DNA from: Actinomycetota bacterium
GTDB taxonomy: Bacteria; Actinomycetota; Thermoleophilia; RBG-16-64-13
Assembly (NCBI GenBank): GCA_016278725.1
Contig: JADQBG010000010.1
Span: 112,229-176,228 of the forward strand
Direction: 5' to 3'
DNA length: 64,000 nt
Shown: piece after piece, positions 53,562 through 64,000 of the stretch
How the letters are laid out: each line of letters begins with the position of its first letter
How positions within the stretch are numbered: the stretch's first letter is position 1
Notes under the pieces: model-generated
Databases searched by the model: none
The model's input: only the letters and a program-made list of their open reading frames with translations
Told to the model about the DNA's origin: nothing
Translations under genes and position numbers: made by a program

Positions 53562-54917
53562 CTAGCTGATGCCGGCGCTCGCGGAGCGGCAGGCCTCGAC
53601 GAAGCGCTGCGCGGTTCCCTCCACCGAAGCCAGATGCACGAGCACGCGCGCGCAGACAAGCCGCGCGGCGACCGCTCCCTCCAGTTGAGCCCGGCCCCCT
53701 TCGCCCACGCTGAAGGCGAAATTCCGCGCGACCGGTGATTCCGCGATCTCCGCGTCTGCGGTCACCCAGCCGGTCAACCGCTCCCCCTCTTCGAAGAGCA
53801 GGTTGCCCCGCCGCGCCTCGAGACTCACGTACTCGGGCGGCCGCAGGTCGCCCAGGAGTTCGCCCTCCGAGGGGAGCACCCCGGCCAGTGCGAACGTGCG
53901 CCCCGAGGGCGCCTGTAGCCGCCGGAGCAGATAGAGCATGCCGCCGCCCAAGGCCAGGGTGGGCAGGCCTTCGGTAATCCGCAGACGGAGGTCCCGCATC
54001 AGCGGGAAGTTCTGGGAGAGCTCGGGCAGGGCTTCCGGCCAGAGGTGGCCCGCGAGGACGAGACCCGCGGCCTCTTCGGGAAGGCGGTCGTCTTCCAACA
54101 GGTCCAGGCGCCGCACCTCGGCGCCGGCTTCTTCGAGGAGTTCGATCGAGTCTCGGCTCCAGGGGGTAAAGCCGCGGCCTCCCGCCACCAGCACCACGGG
54201 GCCCTTTGCCGGCGCCCGCGTGGGCTGAGCCGTGCGCGGCAGGAAACCTCGCTGCCCCGCCAGATCCTCGAGTCCGGTGATGTCGATCTGCGAGAAAACC
54301 GCCTCGAGCATCTCATCGGAGAGCGGCAGGCCCGCGGGACCAGCTGCGGGCATCTTCCATTCCAAGCGGCCGTCGGCATAGATCGCACCCACCACGGGCA
54401 CTCCGGTCCGGGCGAGCAGTCCTCGCAGCCGTTCCAGGGCGTCCCGGTTCTCCACCCCGCACAGCAGTAGTCCGGCCAGATTCCAGTCCTGCGCGCGTTC
54501 GTTGAAGGCATTCGCCAGCGCGGCTATCCCTTCCCCCCAGCCACCGGCATCGATCAGCAAGACCACGGGGCAATCCAGCCGGCGGGCGACATCTGCCGGC
54601 GTCCAGTCCCCCTCCGTCGAACAGGCGGCGGCCGGATCGGTGTCGAACAGGCCGCGATCCGCGCTCAGCAGCGACAGGTCGGCGTCCCGGGTGGCCCGTT
54701 CGTAGAGAGAACGCATCGCGCCGAAACCGTAGAGGCAGGGGTCGAGAAAAGACGAGCCTTCCCAACGGTCCCAGGCCAACGCAGGCGAGGAAACGCCCAC
54801 GTGGTGATAGCGCACCTGCCGCCGCTGACGTCCCACGATCTCCGCCGCGGCGGCGGCAACGACCGAGGGCAACGTCGAGCGGTGAGTCGGAGCCAGCATG
54901 ATGCGGGGCGTGGACAA
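53562..54917 (-). CDS. Degenerate cobyrinate a,c-diamide synthase (CbiA/CobB)-like protein
   Basis: Full two-domain layout (GLFD, PADVA..L..PV.L.IDA, L...GAE...L.D..LP, GGM.YL, GVLP) but catalytic motifs are absent. TTG start at 54917 follows a purine-rich RBS. Confidence 0.8.
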   Translation of the reverse strand: MSTPRIMLAPTHRSTLPSVVAAAAAEIVGRQRRQVRYHHVGVSSPALAWDRWEGSSFLDPCLYGFGAMRSLYERATRDADLSLLSADRGLFDTDPAAACSTEGDWTPADVARRLDCPVVLLIDAGGWGEGIAALANAFNERAQDWNLAGLLLCGVENRDALERLRGLLARTGVPVVGAIYADGRLEWKMPAAGPAGLPLSDEMLEAVFSQIDITGLEDLAGQRGFLPRTAQPTRAPAKGPVVLVAGGRGFTPWSRDSIELLEEAGAEVRRLDLLEDDRLPEEAAGLVLAGHLWPEALPELSQNFPLMRDLRLRITEGLPTLALGGGMLYLLRRLQAPSGRTFALAGVLPSEGELLGDLRPPEYVSLEARRGNLLFEEGERLTGWVTADAEIAESPVARNFAFSVGEGGRAQLEGAVAARLVCARVLVHLASVEGTAQRFVEACRSASAGIS

Positions 54918-54962
54918 TCTCTCCCTCCCTTCCTCGGCGGAAGCCCCTTCGCGTGAAAATCC

Positions 54963-54990
54963 TACACTAGGGCGCCTTCTCTGCCGAATA
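54963..54990 (+). promoter_or_regulatory. Possible sigma-28/WhiG-type promoter for the GAF kinase
   Basis: TACA-16 nt-GCCGAATA, 10 nt before ATG 55001. Confidence 0.4.
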
Positions 54991-55000
54991 CCACCTGGAG

Positions 55001-56863
55001 ATGGCATCTTTCGACCGCATACGGCGCTCCTACTGGCGTCTCGACGATCTGCTGCTGGCCCGCTCCATCATCAGCGGCGCCGGCGCGCTGGCCGCCACCG
55101 TGTTCCTGACGGCCGGAGACCGCACGGACGTGCAGTGGTGGGTGGCGACCCCGGTCATCCTGGTCTTCCTCACCAACATCCCCTTCTTCTACTTCGCCGG
55201 CAAGGGCGCGGGGCGCTGGGTCTCCTGGGGACTCGTGCTGGTCGATTCGCTGTTCATCAGCCTGATGGTGGCGGTGACTTCGGGTGTCGGTAGTTCGGTC
55301 GCCGTCTTCTACGTCTGGCCGATCATCATCGCCGGTTTGCTGCTGGGAGCCCGGGCCAGCTACCTGATCGCCGGTCTTTGCGGCTCACTCTACCTGGCTC
55401 TGGCTATGGCCGAGTCGAACGGCTGGCAGCCGCGGGACTTCCTCGCAGCGGAGGGAGTCTCCGCCGGCGCAGGCCTCGAGGCCGTGGCTCTGCGGATAAC
55501 CGCCTTCCTGTTGATCGCTCTGCTAACGGGGATGCTCTCCAATGCCCTGCTTCAGTCGAACGCCGATCTGCTGGAGACCAAGGCTTCCCTGGAGCAGGAA
55601 CTGCGGCGGATACAGCTGACCAACCGTCGGCTGGTCATCATGGACGAGGTGGGGCGCGCGCTCGGCACGATTCAGGATCTGCAGGTGCTGCTGCCCCGGG
55701 CGCTTTCCCGGGTCGCCAGCTTCATGGCCGTCGACGCCGGCATGATCACGGTGTTCGCCAACGAGACCGGCGAACCGCGGATCCTCGCCCGGCAGAACAT
55801 CGACGAGGTGGCCGCGCGGAACCTCTTCGCCTCGGACCTGCCCACCAATCTCGACGAGATCGAGGAGTACGTGGTGGGCGAGGACTCAGAAGGGCGCTAC
55901 GAGAACACCCTGCGCCAGCTGGATCGCGAGGGCTTCTTCGACTTCCTGGCCGCGCCCCTTCGGCTGGGCGACGAGAGCCTGGGCACGCTCTACCTCTTCA
56001 CCCGGCCGCAGCATCGTTTCCGCAAGGCCGACGTTAATCTGCTCAGAAGCCTGACCGTGCAGCTGTCTATCGCCATCAAGAATGTGCTCTTCACCCAGGA
56101 GCTGCGGGATGCCAACGAAGAACTCATGCATCTGGATCAGTTGAAGAGCGACTTTCTGGCCACCATGAGTCATGAACTGCGCACCCCCCTGACCTCCATC
56201 ATCGGCTACAGCGACATGCTGCTCTCCGGCATGACGGGGGACATGACGGACAGGCAGAAGACCTTCCTACGCAACGTCCTGAACAACGGCGAGAACCTGC
56301 TGAACCTTATCAACGACATTCTCGACCTGACCAAGATCGAGGCGGGCAAGCTCGAGCTCAATCTCGAGCCGGTCGACCTGCGGGACTCTCTGGCCGCGGT
56401 GCTGTCGACCATCACACCCAAGGCCAAGGAGAAGCGCATCCGCATCGGCACCTTCCTGCCCACCGACCTGACTCCCCTGAGGGCGGACGCGGCCAAGCTG
56501 GGGCAGATCCTGCTCAACCTGTTGAGCAACGCGGTCAAGTACACCCCGGAGGGCGGTTCGGTCTCGGTCGAGGCCCGCGCAGACAGGGAGGGGATGGTGC
56601 AGATCCGCGTCGTGGACACAGGGATCGGCATCGACAAGACCGATCTCGACTCGATCTTCGAACGCTTCACCCAGGTGGATAGCTCGCCCACCCGCAACCA
56701 GGGAGGCACCGGACTGGGCCTCGCCATCACCCGAGATCTGATCCACCTGCATGGCGGGAGCATCTCGGTCCAATCACAGCTCGGCGAGGGTTCGAGCTTC
56801 GTTTTCACCATCCCCCCGGCCGTACGCCAAGAGAAGCCGGCGGCGGTCGGCGCTACCGCCTAG
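55001..56863 (+). CDS. Membrane GAF-domain sensor histidine kinase (HisKA)
   Basis: 5-6 TM helices, GAF domain; SHELRTPL, NLLSNAVKYT, DTGIG and GGTGLGL motifs. Confidence 0.95.
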   Translation: MASFDRIRRSYWRLDDLLLARSIISGAGALAATVFLTAGDRTDVQWWVATPVILVFLTNIPFFYFAGKGAGRWVSWGLVLVDSLFISLMVAVTSGVGSSVAVFYVWPIIIAGLLLGARASYLIAGLCGSLYLALAMAESNGWQPRDFLAAEGVSAGAGLEAVALRITAFLLIALLTGMLSNALLQSNADLLETKASLEQELRRIQLTNRRLVIMDEVGRALGTIQDLQVLLPRALSRVASFMAVDAGMITVFANETGEPRILARQNIDEVAARNLFASDLPTNLDEIEEYVVGEDSEGRYENTLRQLDREGFFDFLAAPLRLGDESLGTLYLFTRPQHRFRKADVNLLRSLTVQLSIAIKNVLFTQELRDANEELMHLDQLKSDFLATMSHELRTPLTSIIGYSDMLLSGMTGDMTDRQKTFLRNVLNNGENLLNLINDILDLTKIEAGKLELNLEPVDLRDSLAAVLSTITPKAKEKRIRIGTFLPTDLTPLRADAAKLGQILLNLLSNAVKYTPEGGSVSVEARADREGMVQIRVVDTGIGIDKTDLDSIFERFTQVDSSPTRNQGGTGLGLAITRDLIHLHGGSISVQSQLGEGSSFVFTIPPAVRQEKPAAVGATA

Positions 56864-56875
56864 GAGGCGCGAAAG

Positions 56876-57256
56876 ATGGCACGCATCGTAGTGGTCGATG
56901 ACGACCCGGACATTCTCGACATCGTTTGCATATCGCTGGAAGCCATGGGCCACGAGGTCAGACGAGCCGGGAACGGACGGGAGGGGGTCGACCTGGTCCG
57001 GTCGAGCCTGCCCGACCTCGTGCTGATGGACCTGATGATGCCGGACATGAACGGCTACGAGGCGACCGCCGCCCTCAAGGCCGATGCGGCGACGGCGCCG
57101 ATCCCGGTTCTGGCGCTGACGGCCAAGGCCATGCGCGGGGACGAGGAGCGCGCCCGGGAAGCGGGGATGGACGCCTACATCACGAAGCCTTTCCGGCTCT
57201 CGCACATGCTCGACGTCGTGGACCGCTTCCTGGGCCTGACGCACGGGGTGGCCTAG
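56876..57256 (+). CDS. Single-domain response regulator (DivK/CheY-like)
   Basis: VDDD, LMDLMMP, LTA and TKP motifs. Confidence 0.93.
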   Translation: MARIVVVDDDPDILDIVCISLEAMGHEVRRAGNGREGVDLVRSSLPDLVLMDLMMPDMNGYEATAALKADAATAPIPVLALTAKAMRGDEERAREAGMDAYITKPFRLSHMLDVVDRFLGLTHGVA

Positions 57257-57376
57257 CCCCAATGCCGCCGCCGCCTCCCGGGGCCGCCTCCCCCGGCGAC
57301 GCCGCGCCGGGAGTTGCCGCGGCCTGGCCCATCGCGGCGCCGGCGCCGGCTACCGCGGCCAGCGCGGCTGGCCCGG

Positions 57377-58069
57377 CTAGCGTCTTTGGCTCAGCAGCAC
57401 CAATCGCACCAGTTGGAGAATGGCCATCAGAGCGGCCGCCACGTAGGTGAGCGCCGCGGCGCGAAGCACCGCCCGGGCGCCGTCCAGTTCGACCGATGAC
57501 AGGATGCCCTGGTTGGAGAGCATGGTCATGGCCCGGCTCGACGCGTTGAACTCCACCGGCAGGGTCACCAGGGTGAAGAGCACGGCTCCGGAGAAGAACA
57601 CGATCCCCAGATTCATCAGAAAGGGTCCGGCGTCGCCCAGGAAGAAACCGACCATGAAGAGGATGATGCCCAGGCTGCTGCCCAGGTTGGCCACCGGCAC
57701 CAGACTTCCCCGGACCTTCATGGGAACGTACTCCCGGGAGTCCTGCACGGCGTGCCCCACCTCGTGCGCGGCCACGCCCAGAGCGGCCAGCGAGGAACTG
57801 CCGCCGACGTTCTTGCTGAGGCGCAGCGTCTTACTCCGCGGATCGTAATGGTCGCTCAGCCCGGAGCCGCCCGCAACCTCGATGCTGACGTTGCTGAGTC
57901 CGGCGCCGTCCAGCAGGCGGCGCGCAGCCTGCGCTCCGTCCCGCCCGTAGGCCGAGGGAATCTTGGAATACTTGTTGAACGTGGAGCTGACCTTCCACTG
58001 GGCATACAGCGAAAGCAGGAGGGCTGGGACCAGCAGGATCATCGTCCAGTCCCAGAAGAAGAAGGGCAT
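57377..58069 (-). CDS. YugP-like neutral zinc metallopeptidase
   Basis: LSDHYDP, AAHEVGHA.Q, TLPVEFNAS.RA and AAALTYVA motifs. Confidence 0.93.
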   Translation of the reverse strand: MPFFFWDWTMILLVPALLLSLYAQWKVSSTFNKYSKIPSAYGRDGAQAARRLLDGAGLSNVSIEVAGGSGLSDHYDPRSKTLRLSKNVGGSSSLAALGVAAHEVGHAVQDSREYVPMKVRGSLVPVANLGSSLGIILFMVGFFLGDAGPFLMNLGIVFFSGAVLFTLVTLPVEFNASSRAMTMLSNQGILSSVELDGARAVLRAAALTYVAAALMAILQLVRLVLLSQRR

Positions 58070-58223
58070 CCTGTTTGTCTCCTCTCAGGTAAATGCTCTT
58101 TGGATTAGGAATGAATCTGCCGAAAGAATATAGCAGTACAAGGGTGAGCATGGCGGCCCGCAATCGGGCCGCTTTAATTATACCCCCTGCCGCTATGGCC
58201 ATGGGGAAGGAACAGCGGAGTAA

Positions 58224-59921
58224 TTGGATGGTCCCATGTCGGTAACCCGGATCAACGGCGCCGCCAAGCGGCTGGGGGACATCCTCGTCGAGCGGGAGTT
58301 GCTCAGCGAGGACGACCTGCTTCGGGCGCTCGAGTATCAGCGCCAGAACGGCTACAAACTGGGCGAGGCTCTTCTGAAGATCGGGGCCCTCACGCATGAG
58401 CAGCTGGCCGAGGGCTTGGCCGCTCAGAAGCGGCTTTCGGTCATCCCCTTGAACGAGGTCTACCCCAACCCGCGGGCCGTCTCGCTGCTCAGCGAGAAGT
58501 TCATCCGCAACCGGCAGGTCCTGCCGGTGGACTTCGAACAAGACTCGCTGATCCTGGCCATGGTGAACCCCTTGGACGTGGTGACCATCGACGACGTCCG
58601 AGTGATCGCCGGTTACCCGGTTCTGCCGGTGGTGGCGACACTGCCCTCTTTCGAAGAGGCGGTGGACTACTTCTTCAGCGGCAAGGGCGTGCTGGACACG
58701 GCGGAGGACGGCGACCTCGAGTCCGGGCCCGGGCAGGCGGCCGAACAACGCCGGGAGGCGGAGGACGGCTCGGTCGTGACCTTGGTCAACGATATCCTCG
58801 ACGGCGCCATCAAGCGGCGGGCCTCGGACATTCATTTCGAGCCTCAGGAGGATCACCTGGCGGTGCGGGTGCGCATCGACGGGGTGCTGCATAACCTCAC
58901 GGAAGTCCCCTCGGCGCTCGCCGGAGGGCTGGTCTCGCGCATCAAGATCATGGGGGACCTGGACATCGCCGAGCGCCGTCTGCCCCAAGACGGACGGGCC
59001 GGCTACCGCAACTCGGATCAGACGGTCGATCTGCGCATCGCCACCCTCCCCACGGTCTTCGGCGAGAACGTGACCCTGAGGATCCTGGACGAATCGATGT
59101 TCGAGATCAACCTGACGTCCCTGGGGATGGAAGAAGAAGAGCTCGAGGTGCTCCGCCGCGCCCTCGGCCGGCCATACGGTCAGATCTTGATCACCGGGCC
59201 GACCGGGTCCGGCAAATCCACGACGCTTTACTCCGCACTCGAGGAACTCAACCGCCCCGAGGTGAAGATCTACACGGTGGAAGACCCGGTGGAGCGAAAG
59301 ATCCCCGGCGTTCTGCAGAGTCAGGTGAGGCACAAGATCGGACTGACCTTCGCCCGGGTACTGCGCTCGCTGGTGCGGAGCGATCCGGACATCATCATGC
59401 TCGGCGAGATCCGGGATTTGGAGACCGCGATGATCGCCACCGAAGCCTCCCTCACCGGGCACCTTCTGCTTTCGACGTTGCACACCAACGACGCCCCCTC
59501 GGCCATCACCCGGCTGGTGGAAATGGGCGTACCCCCCTATCTGATCGCCTCGTCTCTGGAGTGTGTGGTGGCCCAGCGGCTGGCCCGCAGACTCTGTCCG
59601 CGCTGCTCGAAAGAAGTGCGCCTGAGCACAAAAGACATGTCCCCCGGCGAGCGTGATTTCCTCGGGGATGGAGAGTTCCTCATACGCGAGCCGGTGGGTT
59701 GTCCCCGGTGCTTCGGGACCGGTTACAGCGGGAGGCTGGGGCTTTTCGAGGTGCTGCCGGTCACGCCGGAGGTCCGCAAGCAGATCCTCAAAGGCGCGGG
59801 GGACGAACAGATCCGGCGGCAGGCTCGCAAAGCGGGAATGATCCCCCTGCGCGAAGCCGGCCTGCGGCGGGTGCTCGCAGGCGGAACCAGCGTCGCCGAA
59901 GTCCTGCGGGTCACCGCCTAG
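58224..59921 (+). CDS. PilB/GspE secretion ATPase with N-terminal MshEN domain
   Basis: RLGDILV..LL....L..AL..Q / KLGEALL..G..L..Q repeats; ASDIH, GPTGSGKSTT, EDPVE, DPD..GEIRD, TLH and tetra-Cys motifs. Confidence 0.93.
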   Translation: MDGPMSVTRINGAAKRLGDILVERELLSEDDLLRALEYQRQNGYKLGEALLKIGALTHEQLAEGLAAQKRLSVIPLNEVYPNPRAVSLLSEKFIRNRQVLPVDFEQDSLILAMVNPLDVVTIDDVRVIAGYPVLPVVATLPSFEEAVDYFFSGKGVLDTAEDGDLESGPGQAAEQRREAEDGSVVTLVNDILDGAIKRRASDIHFEPQEDHLAVRVRIDGVLHNLTEVPSALAGGLVSRIKIMGDLDIAERRLPQDGRAGYRNSDQTVDLRIATLPTVFGENVTLRILDESMFEINLTSLGMEEEELEVLRRALGRPYGQILITGPTGSGKSTTLYSALEELNRPEVKIYTVEDPVERKIPGVLQSQVRHKIGLTFARVLRSLVRSDPDIIMLGEIRDLETAMIATEASLTGHLLLSTLHTNDAPSAITRLVEMGVPPYLIASSLECVVAQRLARRLCPRCSKEVRLSTKDMSPGERDFLGDGEFLIREPVGCPRCFGTGYSGRLGLFEVLPVTPEVRKQILKGAGDEQIRRQARKAGMIPLREAGLRRVLAGGTSVAEVLRVTA

Positions 59922-60023
59922 GCCCGACTTCTCCGGCTCGCGAGGGCCTCGCTGCGTTTCGACCATGGGCCGCGCCGGGTATGCCGCCGTTCGTAGCCTG
60001 GTTCACAAGCCATGGGAGGATCT

Positions 60024-60446
60024 ATGTCTCGCAAGCTACCTCACCTGCTACTTGTGCTCCTGCTCGCCCTCAGCGTCGCGGTCCTGGTCGGTTGCGGGGA
60101 CGACGAACCCCAGACTGTCACCGACACCACCGAAGGTGCAGTCATGGACACCGAGACCACAGAGGCCATGGGTACCGAAACCACTGAGGGCATGGGTAGC
60201 GAAACGACCGAGAGTATGGGCGCAGTGTCGGGAGAAGAGGTCTTCACGCAGAACTGCGTCACCTGCCACGGCGCCGACGGCACCGGCGGCGTGGGCGCCG
60301 ACCTGACCGCGCTCAGCCTCGACCAGGCCACGGTAGAAGAGACCGTCCGCACCGGACCCGGCGCCATGCCTTCATTTGAAGGCCAGCTCTCGGACGAGCA
60401 GATCCAGGCGGTTGCCGACTACGTGACCAGCACGTTCATGCAGTAG
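60024..60446 (+). CDS. Monoheme lipoprotein cytochrome c (c551/CccB-like)
   Basis: Lipobox LVG-C, TETTE(A/G/S)MG repeat linker, CVTCH, and MP distal methionine. Confidence 0.9.
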   Translation: MSRKLPHLLLVLLLALSVAVLVGCGDDEPQTVTDTTEGAVMDTETTEAMGTETTEGMGSETTESMGAVSGEEVFTQNCVTCHGADGTGGVGADLTALSLDQATVEETVRTGPGAMPSFEGQLSDEQIQAVADYVTSTFMQ

Positions 60447-60553
60447 CGGCCGCGGACCACTTCCGGCCCGGCCGGTTCTCGGAAGCCCCGCGGCCCCGGA
60501 TGGTCGAGGTGATCTGACCGCGTGAGCGCCTGCCGCGCCTGGTGGAGACGAAG

Positions 60554-60581
60554 AAAGGGGGGAGCCGGGCTCCCCCCTTTT
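60554..60581. terminator. Bidirectional intrinsic terminator between cytochrome c and gyrA
   Basis: AAAGGGGGGAGC-CGG-GCTCCCCCCTTTT. Confidence 0.85.
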
Positions 60582-60610
60582 GGTTCAGCTATCCAGCCCT
60601 TCCCTACAGG

Positions 60611-63076
60611 CTAGTCGACTTCCAGTTCTTCCTGGGCCGGCCCCGCGGGGCCAACCACGACTCGGGCCAGACCGACCAGATGGTCGCCCTTGCGCAGGTT
60701 CATCACCCGCACGCCCATGGTGTTACGCCCCGTGCTGCGGACACCTCCGGCGGGAATGCGGATCACGGTGCCGTCGTGGCTGACCAGTAGCAGCTCATGG
60801 TTGTCGCGGATCGCCGAGATGGCCACCAGGTCTCCCCGGTCCTCGGAGTCCCTGATCGTGATCACGCCCATTCCTCCGCGATGCCGCAGGGGATAAGCCG
60901 AGATCGGCGTGCGCTTGCCGTAGCCGCCGCTGGTGACACAGAACAGATCCATGTCATCCTCGGCCGTCGTCATGCCCACGATTTCGTGTCCCTTGGGCAG
61001 GGACATCCCTCTGACGCCCATGGTGTTGCGCCCGGTGGGCCGCACGTCGCACTCGTCGAAGCGGATGGCCTTGCCCTGAGAGGACACCAGGATCAGGTGG
61101 TCGTCCCCGTTGGTCGGCCGCACGGCCACGAGCTCGTCGTCTTCCTGCAGGCTGATCGCGATGATGCCGTCCGCCTTGAGGATGGTGTCGTACTCCTTGA
61201 ACCTGGTCTTCTTCACCAGCCCATTCTTGGTGGCGAAGCAGAGGTACTTGGCATCGGTGAAGTCCTTGGTGGCGATCACCGCCTTGATCTGCTCGTCCTG
61301 CGCCAGCGGCAGCAGGTTGACCACGGCGCGGCCCTTGCTCTGCCGGCTGCCCAGGGGCAGCTCGTGCACCTTCAGGCGGTACACCTTGCCCCTGGAGGTC
61401 AGGAAGAGCAGGAAGTGGTGCGTGGTCGTGATGAAGAGATGCTCGATGTAGTCGCCGTCTTTGAGGTCCATGCCCATGACCCCGACCCCGCCCCGGTGCT
61501 GGGTGCGGTACGTGGATACGGGCAGGCGCTTGACGTAGCCCGACTTGGTGATGGAGATAACCATCTCCTCGACCGCGATCATGTCCTCGATGTCGATCTC
61601 GTCCTCGCCGGGCGAGATCTCGGTGCGGCGGGGATCGTTGTACATGGCCTTGATCTCGAGAAGCTCTTCCTTGATCACGCCGTAGATCATGCTGTCGGTG
61701 GCCAGGAGCGACTCCAAGTACTCGATCCGCTCGAGCAGGTCGCGATGCTCTTCCTCGATCTTGTGGCGCTCCAGCGCGGTCAGATTGCGCAGGCGCAGGT
61801 CGACGATCGCCTGGGCCTGCTCTTCGGAAAGCCCGAAGCGCTCCATGAGGTTGGTGCGGGCCGCCTCGGTATCCTCGCTCGAACGGATCACCCGGATGAC
61901 TTCGTCCAGGTTCTCGATGGCGATCAGCAGGCCTTCCAGCACGTGGGCCCGCTTGCGCGCCTTGTCCAGCTCGTACTTGGTCCGCCGGGCAATGACGTCG
62001 TACTGGTGAGCGATGTAGTGGCTGAGCATGTCCTTGAGCGAGAGCACCCGGGGCACGCCGTTGACCAGGGCGATCATGATCACGCCGAAGGTGCTCTGCA
62101 TCGCGGTGTGCTTGTAGAGCTTGTTGAGCGCCACCTTGGGGATGGCTTCGCGCTTGAGCTCGATGACGATGCGCATGCCCGAGCGGTCGGACTCGTCGCG
62201 CAGATCGGAGATTTCGGTAATCCGCTTGTCGCGGACGAGTTCGGCGATCTTCTCGATCATCTGGGCCTTGTTCACCTGATAAGGGATCTCGGAGACGATG
62301 ATCGCGGTCTTGCCCTGCTTGAGCTGCTCGGTGTGCACCTTTGCGCGCACCATTATCTTGCCCCGGCCGGTCTGGTAGGCCTCTTTCATCCCGGCCCAGC
62401 CCATGATGATGCCCCCGGTGGGGAAATCCGGACCCTTGATGTGCTCCGTCAGATCGAGCGAGCCCAGCTCGGGGTTATCGATAAGGGCGACGGTGGCGTC
62501 GATGGCCTCGCCCAGGTTGTGCGGGGGGATGTTGGTCGCCATGCCCACGGCGATGCCCGACGCGCCGTTTACCAGCAGGTTGGGGTAGCGTGCCGGGAGC
62601 ACCACGGGCTCTTCCCGGCTCTCGTCGTAGTTCGGGGTCCAGTCGACCGTGTCGGCGTCGATGTCCCGGAGCATCTCCGTGGCCAGCTTGGCCAGACGGC
62701 ACTCGGTGTAGCGCATGGCCGCGGCGGCGTCGCCGTCTACGGAGCCAAAGTTGCCGTGCCCGTCGACCAAGGGGTAGCGGATGGAGAAGCTCTGCGCCAT
62801 CCGCACCAGGGTGTCGTAGATGGCCGAGTCACCGTGGGGGTGAAAGCTACCCATGACGTCACCGACGATGCGGGCGCACTTGCGGTAGGGCCGGTTGGGC
62901 TGCATGCCCGAGTCGTGCATGCCGTAGAGGACGCGCCGGTGCACCGGCTTGAGGCCGTCCCTGGCGTCGGGGAGTGCCCTGCCCACGATCACGCTCATGG
63001 CGTAATCCAGGTAGGAGTTCTGCATCTCCTCCGCGATCTCTATCTGTTCGATACGACCTTCGAGAGTTTCGAGCAC
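60611..63076 (-). CDS. gyrA: DNA gyrase subunit A
   Basis: [22 protein letters not shown] motifs; GyrA-box QHRGGVG; C-terminal blades. Confidence 0.98.
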   Translation of the reverse strand: MLETLEGRIEQIEIAEEMQNSYLDYAMSVIVGRALPDARDGLKPVHRRVLYGMHDSGMQPNRPYRKCARIVGDVMGSFHPHGDSAIYDTLVRMAQSFSIRYPLVDGHGNFGSVDGDAAAAMRYTECRLAKLATEMLRDIDADTVDWTPNYDESREEPVVLPARYPNLLVNGASGIAVGMATNIPPHNLGEAIDATVALIDNPELGSLDLTEHIKGPDFPTGGIIMGWAGMKEAYQTGRGKIMVRAKVHTEQLKQGKTAIIVSEIPYQVNKAQMIEKIAELVRDKRITEISDLRDESDRSGMRIVIELKREAIPKVALNKLYKHTAMQSTFGVIMIALVNGVPRVLSLKDMLSHYIAHQYDVIARRTKYELDKARKRAHVLEGLLIAIENLDEVIRVIRSSEDTEAARTNLMERFGLSEEQAQAIVDLRLRNLTALERHKIEEEHRDLLERIEYLESLLATDSMIYGVIKEELLEIKAMYNDPRRTEISPGEDEIDIEDMIAVEEMVISITKSGYVKRLPVSTYRTQHRGGVGVMGMDLKDGDYIEHLFITTTHHFLLFLTSRGKVYRLKVHELPLGSRQSKGRAVVNLLPLAQDEQIKAVIATKDFTDAKYLCFATKNGLVKKTRFKEYDTILKADGIIAISLQEDDELVAVRPTNGDDHLILVSSQGKAIRFDECDVRPTGRNTMGVRGMSLPKGHEIVGMTTAEDDMDLFCVTSGGYGKRTPISAYPLRHRGGMGVITIRDSEDRGDLVAISAIRDNHELLLVSHDGTVIRIPAGGVRSTGRNTMGVRVMNLRKGDHLVGLARVVVGPAGPAQEELEVD

Positions 63077-63153
63077 TCTAATGCCTTCCTTGCCTGCTAC
63101 CGATGCCGGCCGCCGACCCCGCGGCGGCCGTGGTTATTTGGACCTGCAGTTTT

Positions 63154-64000
<847 letters not shown>

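Noticed and set aside
57257..57376. Very GC-rich intergenic stretches between convergent genes (also 53455-53561) as REP/MITE elements
   Set aside because: No shared repeat unit, terminal inverted repeats or target duplications could be discerned.
51494..60548. Integrated element bounded by a tRNA 3'-end repeat (TGGTGGAG at about 60540)
   Set aside because: Only an 8-bp match, with no integrase and ordinary genes in between.

Overview
High-GC chromosomal segment from a monoderm bacterium, probably a deep-branching actinobacterium such as Thermoleophilia. That assignment is inference from the GC content, a secretin-less Tad locus and a gyrB-gyrA ... tRNA-Ile/tRNA-Ala arrangement. From left to right: a cobalamin riboswitch controlling cobU; housekeeping and transport genes; an ~18 kb Bacillota-style cell-envelope locus (four SLH-domain proteins, MurJ-like flippase, CsaB pyruvyltransferase, GT4-TagA fusion, two further glycosyltransferases, O-antigen-ligase-like protein, UDP-GlcNAc 2-epimerase); a two-gene multiheme cytochrome operon; ddl-amidohydrolase-larB; a degenerate GGDEF protein; tldD/tldE; azlCD; a two-component system followed by a complete Tad/Flp pilus locus; two tRNAs; trxA, cooT and a CbiA homologue lacking its catalytic motifs; a second two-component pair; an orphan MshEN-PilB ATPase; a lipoprotein cytochrome c; gyrA and the 3' part of gyrB. 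The stand-out is the cytochrome operon. It pairs an 8-heme lipoprotein with a 27(+1)-heme protein built of hexaheme repeats and ending in a sortase-type signal (FTNTG, TM helix, basic tail), a candidate cell-wall-spanning electron conduit. Other notable signals are a recurring sigma-28/WhiG-type promoter (partly leaderless), a probable ATC start codon, and three apparent pseudoenzymes. No CRISPR array, integrase, transposase or rRNA was seen. All assignments come from motif reading by eye; no database searches were run.
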